Below are positions 52,345 through 64,000 of a stretch of DNA of 64,000 bases, in pieces. Origin of the DNA: Balanoglossus misakiensis (taxonomy: Eukaryota; Animalia; Hemichordata); assembly GCA_040954595.2 (NCBI GenBank), contig CM082598.2:1612001-1676000 (forward strand), read 5' to 3'. Under the pieces are notes generated by a model, which made no database searches, was not told where the DNA came from, and saw only the letters and a list, made by a program, of their open reading frames with translations. Position 1 is the stretch's first letter; each line of letters opens with the position of its first letter. A program made the translations under genes and the position numbers.

Positions 52345-55300
52345 AACCATGATTTTTCATCAAAAATAAAGACTTGTTGAAAATTTTCAAAGTTGAAAAA
52401 TTGGCATATTTTGATGATTTTTATGGTCCATAACCCATGATTTTTCATCAAAAATGGAGAATTGTTGAAAATTTTCAAAGTCGAAAAATTGGCATATTTC
52501 ATCAAAAATGAAGAATTTTTGAAAATTTTCAAAGTTGAAAAAATTGGCATATTTTGATGATTTTCATGGTCCATAACCCATGATTTTTCATCAAAAATGA
52601 AGAATTGTTGAAAATTTTCAAAGTCGAAAAATTGGCTATTTCATCAAAAATGAAGAATTTTGAAAATTTTCAAAGTTGAAAAATTGGCATATTTCATCAA
52701 AAATGAAGAATTTTTGAAAATTTTCAAAGTCGAAAAATTGGCATATTTCATCAAAAATGAAGAATTTTTGAAAATTTTCAAAGTTGAAAAATTGGCATAT
52801 TTTGATGATTTTCATGGTCCATAACCCATGATTTTTCATCAAAAATGAAGAATTGTTGAAAATTGTCAAAGTCGAAAAATTGGCATATTTCATCAAAACT
52901 GAAGAATTTTTGAAAATTTTCAAAGTTGAAAAATTGGCATATTTTGATGATTTCCATGGTCCATAACCCATGATTTTTCATCAAAAATGAAGATTTGTTG
53001 AAAATTTTCAAAGTCGAAAAATTGGCATATTTCATCAAAAATGAAGAATTTTTTTAAATTTTCAAAGTTGAATAATTGGCATATTTTGATGATTGTCATG
53101 GTCCATAACCCATGATTTTTCATCAAAAATGGAGAATTGTTGGAAATTTTCAAAGTCGAAAAATTGGCATATTTCATCAAAAATGAAGAATTTTTTTAAA
53201 TTTTCAAAGTTGAAAAATTGGCATATTTTGATTATTTTCATGGTCCATAACCCATGATTTCTCATCAAAAATGAAGAATTGTTGAAAATTTTCAAAGTGG
53301 AAAAATTGGCATATTTCATCAAAAATGAAGAATTTTTGAAAATTTTTAAAGTTGAAAAATTGGCATATTTTGATGATTTCCATGGTCCATAACCCATGAT
53401 TTTTCATCAAAAATGGAGAATTGTTGAAAATTGTCAAAGTCGAAAAATTGGCATATTTCATCAAAACTGAAGAATTTTTGAAAATTTTCAAAGTTGAAAA
53501 ATTGGCATATTTTGATGATTTCCATGGTCCATAACCCATGATTTTTCATCAAAAATGAAGATTTGTTGAAAATTTTCAAAGTCGAAAAATTGGCATATTT
53601 CATCAAAAATGAAGAATTTTTTTAAATTTTCAAAGTTGAATAATTGGCATATTTTGATGATTGTCATGGTCCATAACCCATGATTTTTCATCAAAAATGG
53701 AGAATTGTTGGAAATTTTCAAAGTCGAAAAATTGGCATATTTCATCAAAAATGAAGAATTTTTTTAAATTTTCAAAGTTGAAAAATTGGCATATTTTGAT
53801 TATTTTCATGGTCCATAACCCATGATTTCTCATCAAAAATGAAGAATTGTTGAAAATTTTCAAAGTGGAAAAATTGGCATATTTCATCAAAAATGAAGAA
53901 TTTTTGAAAATTTTCAAAGTTGAAAAATTGGCATATTTTGATGATTTTCATGGTCCATAACCCATGATTTTTCATCAAAAATGGAGAATTGTTGAAAATT
54001 TTCAAAGTTGAAAAATTGTTATATTTTGATGATTTTCATGGTCCATAACATATGATTTTTCATCAAAAATAAAGAATTGTTGAAAATTTTCAAAGTCGAA
54101 AACTTGGCATATTTCATCAAAAATGAAGAATTTTTGAAAATTTTCAAAGTTGAAAAATTGGCATATTTTGATGATTTTCATGGTCCATAACCCATGATTT
54201 TTCATCAAACATGAAGATTTGTTGAAAATTTTCAAAGTCGAAAAATTGGCATATTTCATCAAAAATGAAGAATTTTTGAAAATTTTCAAAGTTGAAAAAT
54301 TGGCATATTTTGATGATTTTCATGGTCCATAACCCATGATTTCTCATCAAAAATGAAGAATTGTTGAAAATTTTCAAAGTGGAAAAATTGGCATATTTCA
54401 TCAAAAATGAAGAATTTTTGAAAATTTTCAAAGTTGAAAAATTGGCATATTTTGATGATTTTCATGGTCCATAACCCATGATTTTTCATCAAAAATGAAG
54501 AATTGTTGAAAATTTTCAAAATCGAAAAATTGGCATATTTCATCACAAATGAAGAATTTTTGAAAATTTTCAAAGTTGAAAAATTGGCATATTTTGATGA
54601 TTTTCATGGTCCATAACCCATGATTTTTCATCAAAAATGGAGAATTGTTGAAAATTTTCAAAGTTGAAAAATTGTTATATTTTGATGATTTTCATGGTCC
54701 ATAACATATGATTTTTCATCAAAAATAAAGAATTGTTGAAAATTTTCAAAGTCGAAAAATTGGCATATTTCATCAAAAATGAAGAATTTTTTAAAATTTT
54801 CAAAGTTGAAAAATTGGCATATTTTGATGATTTTCATGGTCCATAACCCATGATTTTTCATCAAACATGAAGATTTGTTGAAAATTTTCAAAGTCGAAAA
54901 ATTGGCATATTTCATCAAAAATGAAGAATTTTTTTAAATTTTCAAAGTTGAAAAATTGGCATATTTTGATGATTTTCATGGTCCATAACCCATGATTTCT
55001 CATCAAAAATGAAGAATTGTTGAAAATTTTCAAAGTGGAAAAATTGGCATATTTCATCAAAAATGAAGAATTTTTGAAAATTTTCAAAGTTGAAAAATTG
55101 GCATATTTTGATGATTTTCATGGTCCATAACCCATGATTTTTCATCAAAAATGAAGAATTGTTGAAAATTTTCAAAATCGAAAAATTGGCATATTTCATC
55201 AAAAATGAAGAATTTTTGAAAATTTTCAAAGTTGAAAAATTGGCATATTTTGATGATTTTCATGGTCCATAACCCATGATTTTTCATCAAAAATGGAGAA

Positions 55301-58102
55301 TTGTTGAAAATTTTCAAAGTTGAAAAATTGTTATATTTTGATGATTTTCATGGTCCATAACATATGATTTTTCATCAAAAAAAAAGAATTGTTGAAAATT
55401 TTCAAAGTCGAAAAATTGGCATATTTCATCAAAAATGAAGAATTTTTTAAAATTTTCAAAGTTGAAAAATTGGCATATTTTGATGATTTTCATGGTCCAT
55501 AACCCATGATTTTTCATCAAACATGAAGATTTGTTGAAAATTTTCAAAGTCGAAAAATTGGCATATTTCATCAAAAATGAAGAATTTTTTTAAATTTTCA
55601 AAGTTGAAAAATTGGCATATTTTGATTATTTTCATGGTCCATAACCCATGATTTCTCATCAAAAATGAAGAATTGTTGAAAATTTTCAAAGTGGAAAAAT
55701 TGGCATATTTCATCAAAAATGAAGAATTTTTGAAAATTTTCAAAGTTGAAAAATTGGCATATTTTGATGATTTTCATGGTCCATAACCCATGATTTTTCA
55801 TCAAAAATGGAGAATTGTTGAAAATTTTCAAAGTTGAAAAATTGTTATATTTTGATGATTTTCATGGTCCATAACATATGATTTTTCATCAAAAATAAAG
55901 AATTGTTGAAAATTTTCAAAGTCGAAAACTTGGCATATTTCATCAAAAATGAAGAATTTTTTAAAATTTTCAAAGTTGAAAAATTGGCATATTTTGATGA
56001 TTTTCATGGTCCATAACCCATGATTTTTCATCAAACATGAAGATTTGTTGAAAATTTTCAAAGTCGAAAAATTGGCATATTTCATCAAAAATGAAGAATT
56101 TTTTTAAATTTTCAAAGTTGAAAAATTGGCATATTTTGATGATTTTCATGGTCCATAACCCATGATTTCTCATCAAAAATGAAGAATTGTTGAAAATTTT
56201 CAAAGTGGAAAAATTGGCATATTTCATCAAAAATGAAGAATTTTTGAAAATTTTCAAAGTTGAAAAATTGGCATATTTTGATGATTTTCATGGTCCATAA
56301 CCCATGATTTTTCATCAAAAATGAAGAATTGTTGAAAATTTTCAAAATCGAAAAATTGGCATATTTCATCAAAAATGAAGAATTTTTGAAAATTTTCAAA
56401 GTTGAAAAATTGGCATATTTTGATGATTTTCATGGTCCATAACCCATGATTTTTCATCAAAAATGGAGAATTGTTGAAAATTTTCAAAGTTGAAAAATTG
56501 TTATATTTTGATGATTTTCATGGTCCATAACATATGATTTTTCATCAAAAATAAAGAATTGTTGAAAATTTTCAAAGTCGAAAAATTGGCATATTTCATC
56601 AAAAATGAAGAATTTTTTAAAATTTTCAAAGTTGAAAAATTGGCATATTTTGATGATTTTCATGGTCCATAACCCATGATTTTTCATCAAACATGAAGAA
56701 TTGTTGAAAATTTTCAAAGTGGAAAAATTGGCATATTTCATCAAAAATGAAGAATTTTTGAAAATTTTCAAAGTTGAAAAATTGGCATATTTTGATGATT
56801 TTCATGGTCCATAACCCATGATTTTTCATCAAAAATGAAGAATTGTTGAAAATTTTCAAAATCGAAAAATTGGCATATTTCATCAAAAATGAAGAATTTT
56901 TGAAAATTTTCAAAGTTGAAAAATTGGCATATTTTGATGATTTTCATGGTCCATAACCCATGATTTTTCATCAAAAATGAAGAATTGTTGAAAATTTTCA
57001 AAATCGAAAAATTGGCATATTTCATCAAAAATGAAGAATTTTTGAAAATTTTCAAAGTTGAAAAATTGGCATATTTTGATGATTTTCATGGTCCATAACC
57101 CATGATTTTTCATCAAAAATGGAGAATTGTTGAAAATTTTCAAAGTTGAAAAATTGTTATATTTTGATGATTTTCATGGTCCATAACATATGATTTTTCA
57201 TCAAAAATAAAGATTTGTTGAAAATTTTCAAAGTCGAAAAATTGGCATATTTCATCAAAAATGAAGATTTTTTTTAAATTTTCAAAGTTGAAAAATTGGC
57301 ATATTTTGATGATTTTCATGGTCCATAACCCATGATTTCTCATCAAAAATGAAGAATTGTTGAAAATTTTCAAAGTGGAAAAATTGGCATATTTCATCAA
57401 AAATGAAGAATTTTTGAAAATTTTCAAAGTTGAAAAATTGGCATATTTTGATGATTTTCATGGTCCATAACCCATGATTTTTCATCAAAAATGAAGAATT
57501 GTTGAAAATTTTCAAAATCGAAAAATTGGCATATTTCATCAAAAATGAAGAATTTTTGAAAATTTTCAAAGTTGAAAAATTGGCATATTTTGATGATTTT
57601 CATGGTCCATAACCCATGATTTTTCATCAAAAATGGAGAATTGTTGAAAATTTTCAAAGTTGAAAAATTGTTATATTTTGATGATTTTCATGGTCCATAA
57701 CATATGATTTTTCATCAAAAAAAAAGAATTGTTGAAAATTTTCAAAGTCGAAAAATTGGCATATTTCATCAAAAATGAAGAATTTTTTAAAATTTTCAAA
57801 GTTGAAAAATTGGCATATTTTGATGATTTTCATGGTCCATAACCCATGATTTTTCATCAAACATGAAGATTTGTTGAAAATTTTCAAAGTCGAAAAATTG
57901 GCATATTTCATCAAAAATGAAGAATTTTTTTAAATTTTCAAAGTTGAAAAATTGGCATATTTTGATGATTTCCATGGTCCATAACCCATGATTTTTCATC
58001 AAAAATGAAGATTTGTTGAAAATTTTCAAAGTCGAAAAATTGGCATATTTCATCAAAAATGAAGAATTTTTTTAAATTTTCAAAGTTGAAAAATTGGCAT
58101 AT
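52345..58102. repeat. AT-rich satellite array; 142-bp monomer (88-bp + 54-bp related subunits) with higher-order repeats
   Basis: Tandem CATGGTCCATAACCCATGATTTTTCATCAAAAATGAAGAATTGTTGAAAATTTTCAAAGTCGAAAAATTGGCATAT...; the ORF track recurs every 142 bp. Confidence 0.98.
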
Positions 58103-59787
58103 GTAATAATGATATAGACTAATAAAAAGCTTTTGCTGGAAGAATTATCGGTAGTAACAATGATTCATGCAGTTAGTGGGCCTATGCATGTCTATAACCA
58201 GATGAACTCTTTCTTGAATAACACGGCCACATGAAGTAAGGTAAACATGACGACTTTGACTCCAATAAACTCAATCAGCAGCCAGTGCGCATGTCAGTAT
58301 TTACTTTCCTTTTCATTGAGAAACGTGTCATCGCAGCATGTCCTTGAAAATGATGAATGATCTGTTTTATCTGGCCCCACCATTCGAATTCTCCGCTCGG
58401 GATGAATTTTAAAGCATGCTTGTCTGTTCTCCCCTGGGGGTGCCACTCTTAACCTCTTGTTGACATCCAAAAGAGCGCCCGACTCTCTGCGTGTAAACGG
58501 ATAATTAACATCTCGCGATGGCTTCTCTTTTTGGTCAATCACATATGTAAAAATAAATCACAATGGGGCTTTCAGAGACATTTTGAATACCAGCCCGATT
58601 AGTGTCACATCTAAGCGACAGTGTTGGCTATTCAGCGTTACAAGATCACACATTATATGACGATGTGACGTCTATTAGGTTAATAACTGCGATATGATCT
58701 TAATTTATGATTTCGTCTCAGTGGGAAATCCATTATCCGTTATTCTACTTAATCACGGTAGCTTTGTATGAGTCCTGCTTGATGGAACTGTTGCTGTGGT
58801 AACGCGGTAACTCGCGCATTTCCCGGGAAGTAGTTGAGAGCATCAATTGGTCTCAATTTCTTTGGAATTAGGAAAATGGGTACCGTTGATGGGGGCTTCG
58901 TGGACATATATGCGGAAATCGGGGGCGTGAGTACATATGTACAATCAGACATATATAAGGTAATCAAAAAAACATTTAATCCCATTAAATATGTATTCCT
59001 TCAACATACACCGAAAAAAACGTACAATTTTTCTCTCTTTCTGTCTGTCTGTGTAACAAGCTGTAGCTAGATGCCGATCACGATTTGTATCTCTGTGCTT
59101 CTAGCTGTCTCCCTGTTTGTATGTCATTCTGTTTGCGTCTCTGTCTGTCTGTCTCTTATTTATTGATAACCTAAAACATAATTATGATTACCTATATCCA
59201 TAACTGTAGAACGTGTCCATGATAATTCACGTTTTAAATAACTTTAGTTCTCACGATCTATGAGCGGATTCAAAAATACCCATAATGCAAACATTATGTA
59301 CCCCTAGCATGAAGTAGAAAATATTGAAGGTAACTAGCTTCATTAATTTTCACAAAATCGGTGCCCAGAATACAATATTGACCTTCCTCTCTTGCGGAGA
59401 AACAACTGAACAGGAAAGCCAGGTTAATGCCCTTTTTTGGAATAACATCGACTGCTGTTACATGACCCCAAGACAATCACGTGTTTGACCTCAGAATCAT
59501 GGCGGTACCATCAGTCTGCTTGACAGTATATTAAATTGAAAGATGATAAATAGTTAAATGTAGAACTATTATCAGTACTGTCTTTGAGGCATTGGAGATG
59601 ATATCTACAAAGATAAGAAAGTCTAGCACCAGTTAAAGGAAATTACATGCAGTAAAACTAACAAGCTTTATATCTTTGTAATCAAATGCTGCTGGAGAAC
59701 AAGCTTGGATGGATATCGGGCTATGTTGTTCCTGAACAAACCTGGGGGTTTCTATACATATCGAACAAATCAAGTCTTTATCTACAT

Positions 59788-62700
59788 TTAACTCGCTCCC
59801 ATTACAGCGACCTCGCACAGCTGCAGTATGTTAGTGGTCTCCATTAGTTGAATACTGACATATCTTCCCTTCATGGGGACTTCACAGCCGCATAGAATTG
59901 TGATGTTGGCTTTTTTGGCATCGTGACCTGAGATACTCCCACATATGACGTTGTCTTCAAAGTTTTCGTTGTCGCCAATACGGATTTCAGCATTCTTCAG
60001 TCGCTTGCCTGCAAAAAAGGGCTTGGTATTAACTATACATAGAACTAGATGCTTCCAGTGAACAAACCTTATTACCCCCAAACCATTATGCAAAGCCAAC
60101 ATACGAATAGTGACACGCCATTGATGGAAAGCTGACCAGTACTGTGTCGTACAGACTCATATCAGTCAAGATTCAGGTCACCATCTATTATGGTTGCCGA
60201 GATAATAACTAGCATATCACAGTATAATGGCAAATGCTTACTGCAGCAGTCAATCCTGTTGGTGATCACGATCTCGTAGACATACATAGAGTCTCCCAAG
60301 TCTACCTTCCACCATGGTTGATACTCTCGCATTGTAACACTACATGAATCTCGACTGTTGAGGTCACCATCTGGTATTCCATCGACGGCTTTCTGGGCCA
60401 GGTTGCCCTCATCCGTGGAGATCTGAGAGGCATCTTTACCCAGGGCTACATTTGTCAGGAAGTTTGGTAAAATGCATTCTGTAGTTTTTTTGAGAAAGAA
60501 CGGGATATTGGTTGTAAAGTTGCAGTGAAGGTGATTGTCAATGTCAATGTAAAGTTGGATGGATGAATGGATGGATGTGTCTGTCTGTACGAATATGTCC
60601 ATTTAATAATATCCATACTCTTTAACTTTTCTTTTGTTCCCTCTGTGAATTTGACTTCACTTGAGAGTGATTTACTTTCTGACTCACCTTCTGTCGGTGC
60701 TGCTTCACCTTCAGAGGGTTCAACTTCACCCTCTGTAGGTTCAACTTCACCCTCTGTTGGCTCAACTTCACCGTCCGTAGGTTCAACTTCACCCTCTGTA
60801 GGCTCAACTTCACCCTCCGTAGGCTCAACTTCACCCTCTGTAGGCTCAACTTCACCCTCCGTAGGTTCAACTTCACCCTCCGTGGGTTCAACTTCACCCT
60901 CTGTAGGTTCAACTTCACCGTCCGTAGGTTCAACTTCACCCTCTGTAGGTTCAACTTCACCCTCTGTAGGTTCAACTTCACCCTCTGTAGGCTCAACTTC
61001 ACCCTGCGTGGGCTCATCTTCACCCTCCGTAGGCTCCGTGACCACAGGTTCTACACTGCCTGGCAACATTGGTACGACAGCTGTAGCTTCTGGTACTTGG
61101 TTTGGTGGGTACAATTCAGGTTCTTCGTCTTCACCATTTTCTGTGGCAGTAAATAATAAAAAGTTCAGTATGTGAACACTTAGCCTAAACATTCAGTATT
61201 AAGACACCTTGCAGCATTATTGTTACTTTGGTAATATTGAAAAAATTTGATTGCATTGGGAAAAGGAACACAACGTGGAAACAAAGTACCTGGTTCGGGG
61301 ATAACTGTTATTATTCGGGTAATAATTTTAACATTGCCCGCTGTAGGTCCAACCTCTCCCACTGTAGGTCCAACCTCTCCCACTGTAGGTCCCACCTCTC
61401 CCACTGTGGGTCCAACCTCTCCCACTGTGGGTCCAACCTCTCCCACTGTAGGTCCAACCTCTCCCACTGTAGGTCCAACCTCTCCCACTGTAGGTCCAAC
61501 CTCTCCCACTGTAGGTCCAACCTGTCCCACTGTAGGTCCAACCTGTCCCACTGTAGGTCCAACCTCTCCCACTGTGGGTCCAACCACTCCCTCTGTGGGT
61601 CCAACCTCTCCCACTGTAGGTCCAACCTGTCCCACTGTAGGTCCAACCTCTCCCACTGTGGGTCCAACCTCTCCCACTGTAGGTCCAACCTCTCCCACTG
61701 TGGGTCCAACCTCTCCCACTGTGGGTCCAACCTCTCCCACTGTAGGTCCAACCTCTCCCACTGTGGGTCCAACCTCTCCCACTGTGGGTCCAACCTCTCC
61801 CACTGTGGGTCCAACCTCTCCCACTGTAGGTCCAACCTCTCCCACTGTGGGTCCAACCTCTCCCACTGTGGGTCCAACCTCTCCCACTGTAGGTCCAACC
61901 TCTCCCACTGTAGGTCCAACCTCTCCCACTGTGGGTCCAACCTCTCCCACTGTGGGTCCAACCTCTCCCACTGTAGGTCCAACCTCTCCCACTGTGGGTC
62001 CAACCTCTCCCACTGTAGGTCCAACCTCTCCCACTGTAGGTCCAACCTCTCCCACTGTGGGTCCAACCTCTCCCACTGTGGGTCCAACCTCTCCCACTGT
62101 AGGTCCAACCTCTCCCACTGTAGGTCCAACCTCTCCCACTGTAGGTCCAACCTCTCCCACTGTAGGTCCAACCTCTCCCACTGTAGGTCCAACCTCTCCC
62201 ACTGTGGGTCCAACCTCTCCCACTGTGGGTCCAACCTCTCCCACTGTGGGTCCAACCTCTCCCACTGTAGGTCCAATCTCTCCCACTGTGGGTCCAACCT
62301 CTCCTTCCGTAGTTTCCATTATTCCCCAGGTTGGTTCGATCTCTCCTCCTGTTGTGTTAACTTCAGCCACAGTGGGAAATGCTGACAACAAAACATACAG
62401 GCGATCAATCAATCCATTAATCAATCAATCAATCAATCAACTAACCAACCATCAAACCAGCCAGCCTACCATCCAACTAATCCATCAATTCAAACGCAAC
62501 TTCATAAATTACCATTCAGTGTTGATGCCATTGGTATGGCTGTAGCTTCCGGTACTTGGAATGGTGGGTAAAATTCAGAGTCCTCTCCTTCCTCACTTTC
62601 TGCGATAGATGACAGACGTAACATTATTTAGCGAATGAGGTAAGGGTGGTAAAATATATACATGAATTTTCAAGATGGCCGATTTTACCACGTTTAATAT

Positions 62701-63322
62701 GCTAACTAATTGGACCAAAAGAAGTCATGAAATACAGTCCCCGTATCATTTCTTCTATCTCTTATTACAGTGAGTTTTCGACCTTTTACCCACAATGCAA
62801 TTATTATAATGTAATTTGACCCCCTAGCACAAAGTGATAGCCTTTTTAAGACAGCCAGGATTATGTTACCTGTTTCAGGGATGACTGTTATAATGACAGG
62901 CGCCCTAGTGATCACTATTGGTGGTGGTGGTGGTGGCGGCGTGGGTGGTGGTGGTGGTTGTGGGTAAGGGGACGGTTGGACTGGTGGTTGTGGACCCGGT
63001 GGTGGCTGGTATGGTGGCTCTTGGTAAGGTGGTTGTGGCGACAGTGGTTGTTGGACTGGTGGCTCTTGATATGCCGGTGGCTGCGTTGGTATCTCAGGCT
63101 CTGGTGTTGTTTTATCGAAGTCGCCAGCCTCTTCTGTTGTTTCAACTTCTGGTTTTTCCATGCCCTCTGTACTCACAAGAAAGTGATTGCAATAGGTTAT
63201 AGATAATGATTCTGATGTGGGGTTTTTTGTTAACAATCTTGCAAAAGAATTTCTCGTTAAAATAACGATGAGGTGAACACTGAACGGCAGTTACATACCT
63301 TCTGCTGCTTCAACGTCTGCTC
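59788..63322 (-). CDS. F-type lectin (fucolectin/FTP domain) with a long acidic Pro/Thr-rich repeat stalk; 5'-partial. Exons 63322-63299, 63166-62870, 62599-62513, 62381-61290, 61140-60688, 60478-60242, 60008-59788
   Basis: All introns are phase 1 GT-AG. The last two exons give [13 protein letters not shown]...AQKAVDG...PWWKVDLG...[20 protein letters not shown]...GRYVSIQL...LQLCEVAV, a classic FTP/F-type lectin domain. No start codon or signal peptide was identified inside the window. Confidence 0.85.
60690..61035 (-). repeat. Coding 21-bp repeat (EGEVEPT)n, ~16 copies
   Basis: Tandem GGTTCAACTTCACCCTCTGTA units within an exon. Confidence 0.95.
61340..62310 (-). repeat. Coding 21-bp repeat (GEVGPTV)n, ~46 copies
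   Basis: Tandem ACTGT(A/G)GGTCCAACCTCTCCC units within the 1092-nt exon. Confidence 0.97.
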
Positions 63323-64000
63323 CTGAGAACAACAACAATAATAATAAGCTTTATATCTAAAATGTGGCGAGTGCTTTATGTATCAGCTATTGAATGAACC
63401 GCTGATGTTCATGGAAACCAACAAAAATGACAAGCTTCATTTCCTTTTCACGTTTCGCTTACATTGACGAATAATTCATGAGGAGTGATTGATTTCTCGT
63501 CTGAAAGAGATTAGCTTTGACTCTGAGTTCAATGCAAGTTCAGAAACATTACAGTATGCTGTTGTTGTCGCGCACAGTTACAACGAGGGCGCGATCGGTG
63601 TCATGGCAACCGCTTGTCTGCGGGCATCGGGAATAAGCTAATGGCGTTCTGAACATCTAACCCTGCAATGACATCAATTATGTATCTCTAAAGATGTCAA
63701 GCGTTCGGGTCATTATATATTACTGTTTAAGTTCAAAGTGGTCAACCAATTATTTGCTTATATGACATGGATCATTAATTTCTGCAAAAGTCTAAGAAAT
63801 AAATAAATCTAACCACTGTTTTAGCAAAAATTCTTAAATGCTGATGGCAATGCAGACATTGTTGCCGTAAAGAGGTCATATTTGGTTTACGACGATGGTG
63901 CGCCATCTGCCGATAGAATATTTCACTTACTTTCGGCTAAAACTTCAATCTCGCAGAGAGATATAGAATGCCAGGGACCATTCTTCGTGATGTCGACATA

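Noticed and set aside
52308-58056. Dozens of minus-strand ORFs (MKIFKNSS...)
   Set aside because: By-products of the 142-bp satellite; they overlap in several frames and end periodically
60567-62545. Long plus-strand and alternative-frame ORFs (PTSPTVG, CRSNLSH, WERLDLQ repeats)
   Set aside because: Stop-free shadows of a 21-bp repeat. Only the minus-strand frame has splice sites linking to the lectin domain.

Overview
Intron-rich, AT-rich animal genomic DNA, most likely a marine invertebrate deuterostome such as an acorn worm (inferred from gene content only). Seven protein-coding loci can be reconstructed from splice sites and translation. They are: an ODF3/SHIPPO1 (CIMAP1)-like gene with two paralogous alternative last coding exons (+); SYCP1 (-); a 17-exon NELL1/2-like gene (+); an uncharacterised protein ending in three WW domains, one per exon (+); a two-exon SAM + GT4 glycosyltransferase fusion (-); an intronless GPR61/62-like GPCR (+); and the 3' part of a mucin-like F-type lectin gene with 7-aa repeat stalks (-), which runs off the window. 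Non-coding structure includes a 5.75-kb AT-rich 142-bp satellite with higher-order repeats, a ~136-bp minisatellite inside a possible Helitron-like element, several MITE-like elements, microsatellites and RFX X-box motifs. The best candidate for an undescribed system is the SAM-GT4 fusion, a possible oligomerisation-activated glycosyltransferase immune effector. No rRNA, tRNA or CRISPR array was found. All coordinates and family assignments were made by eye, without database searches.
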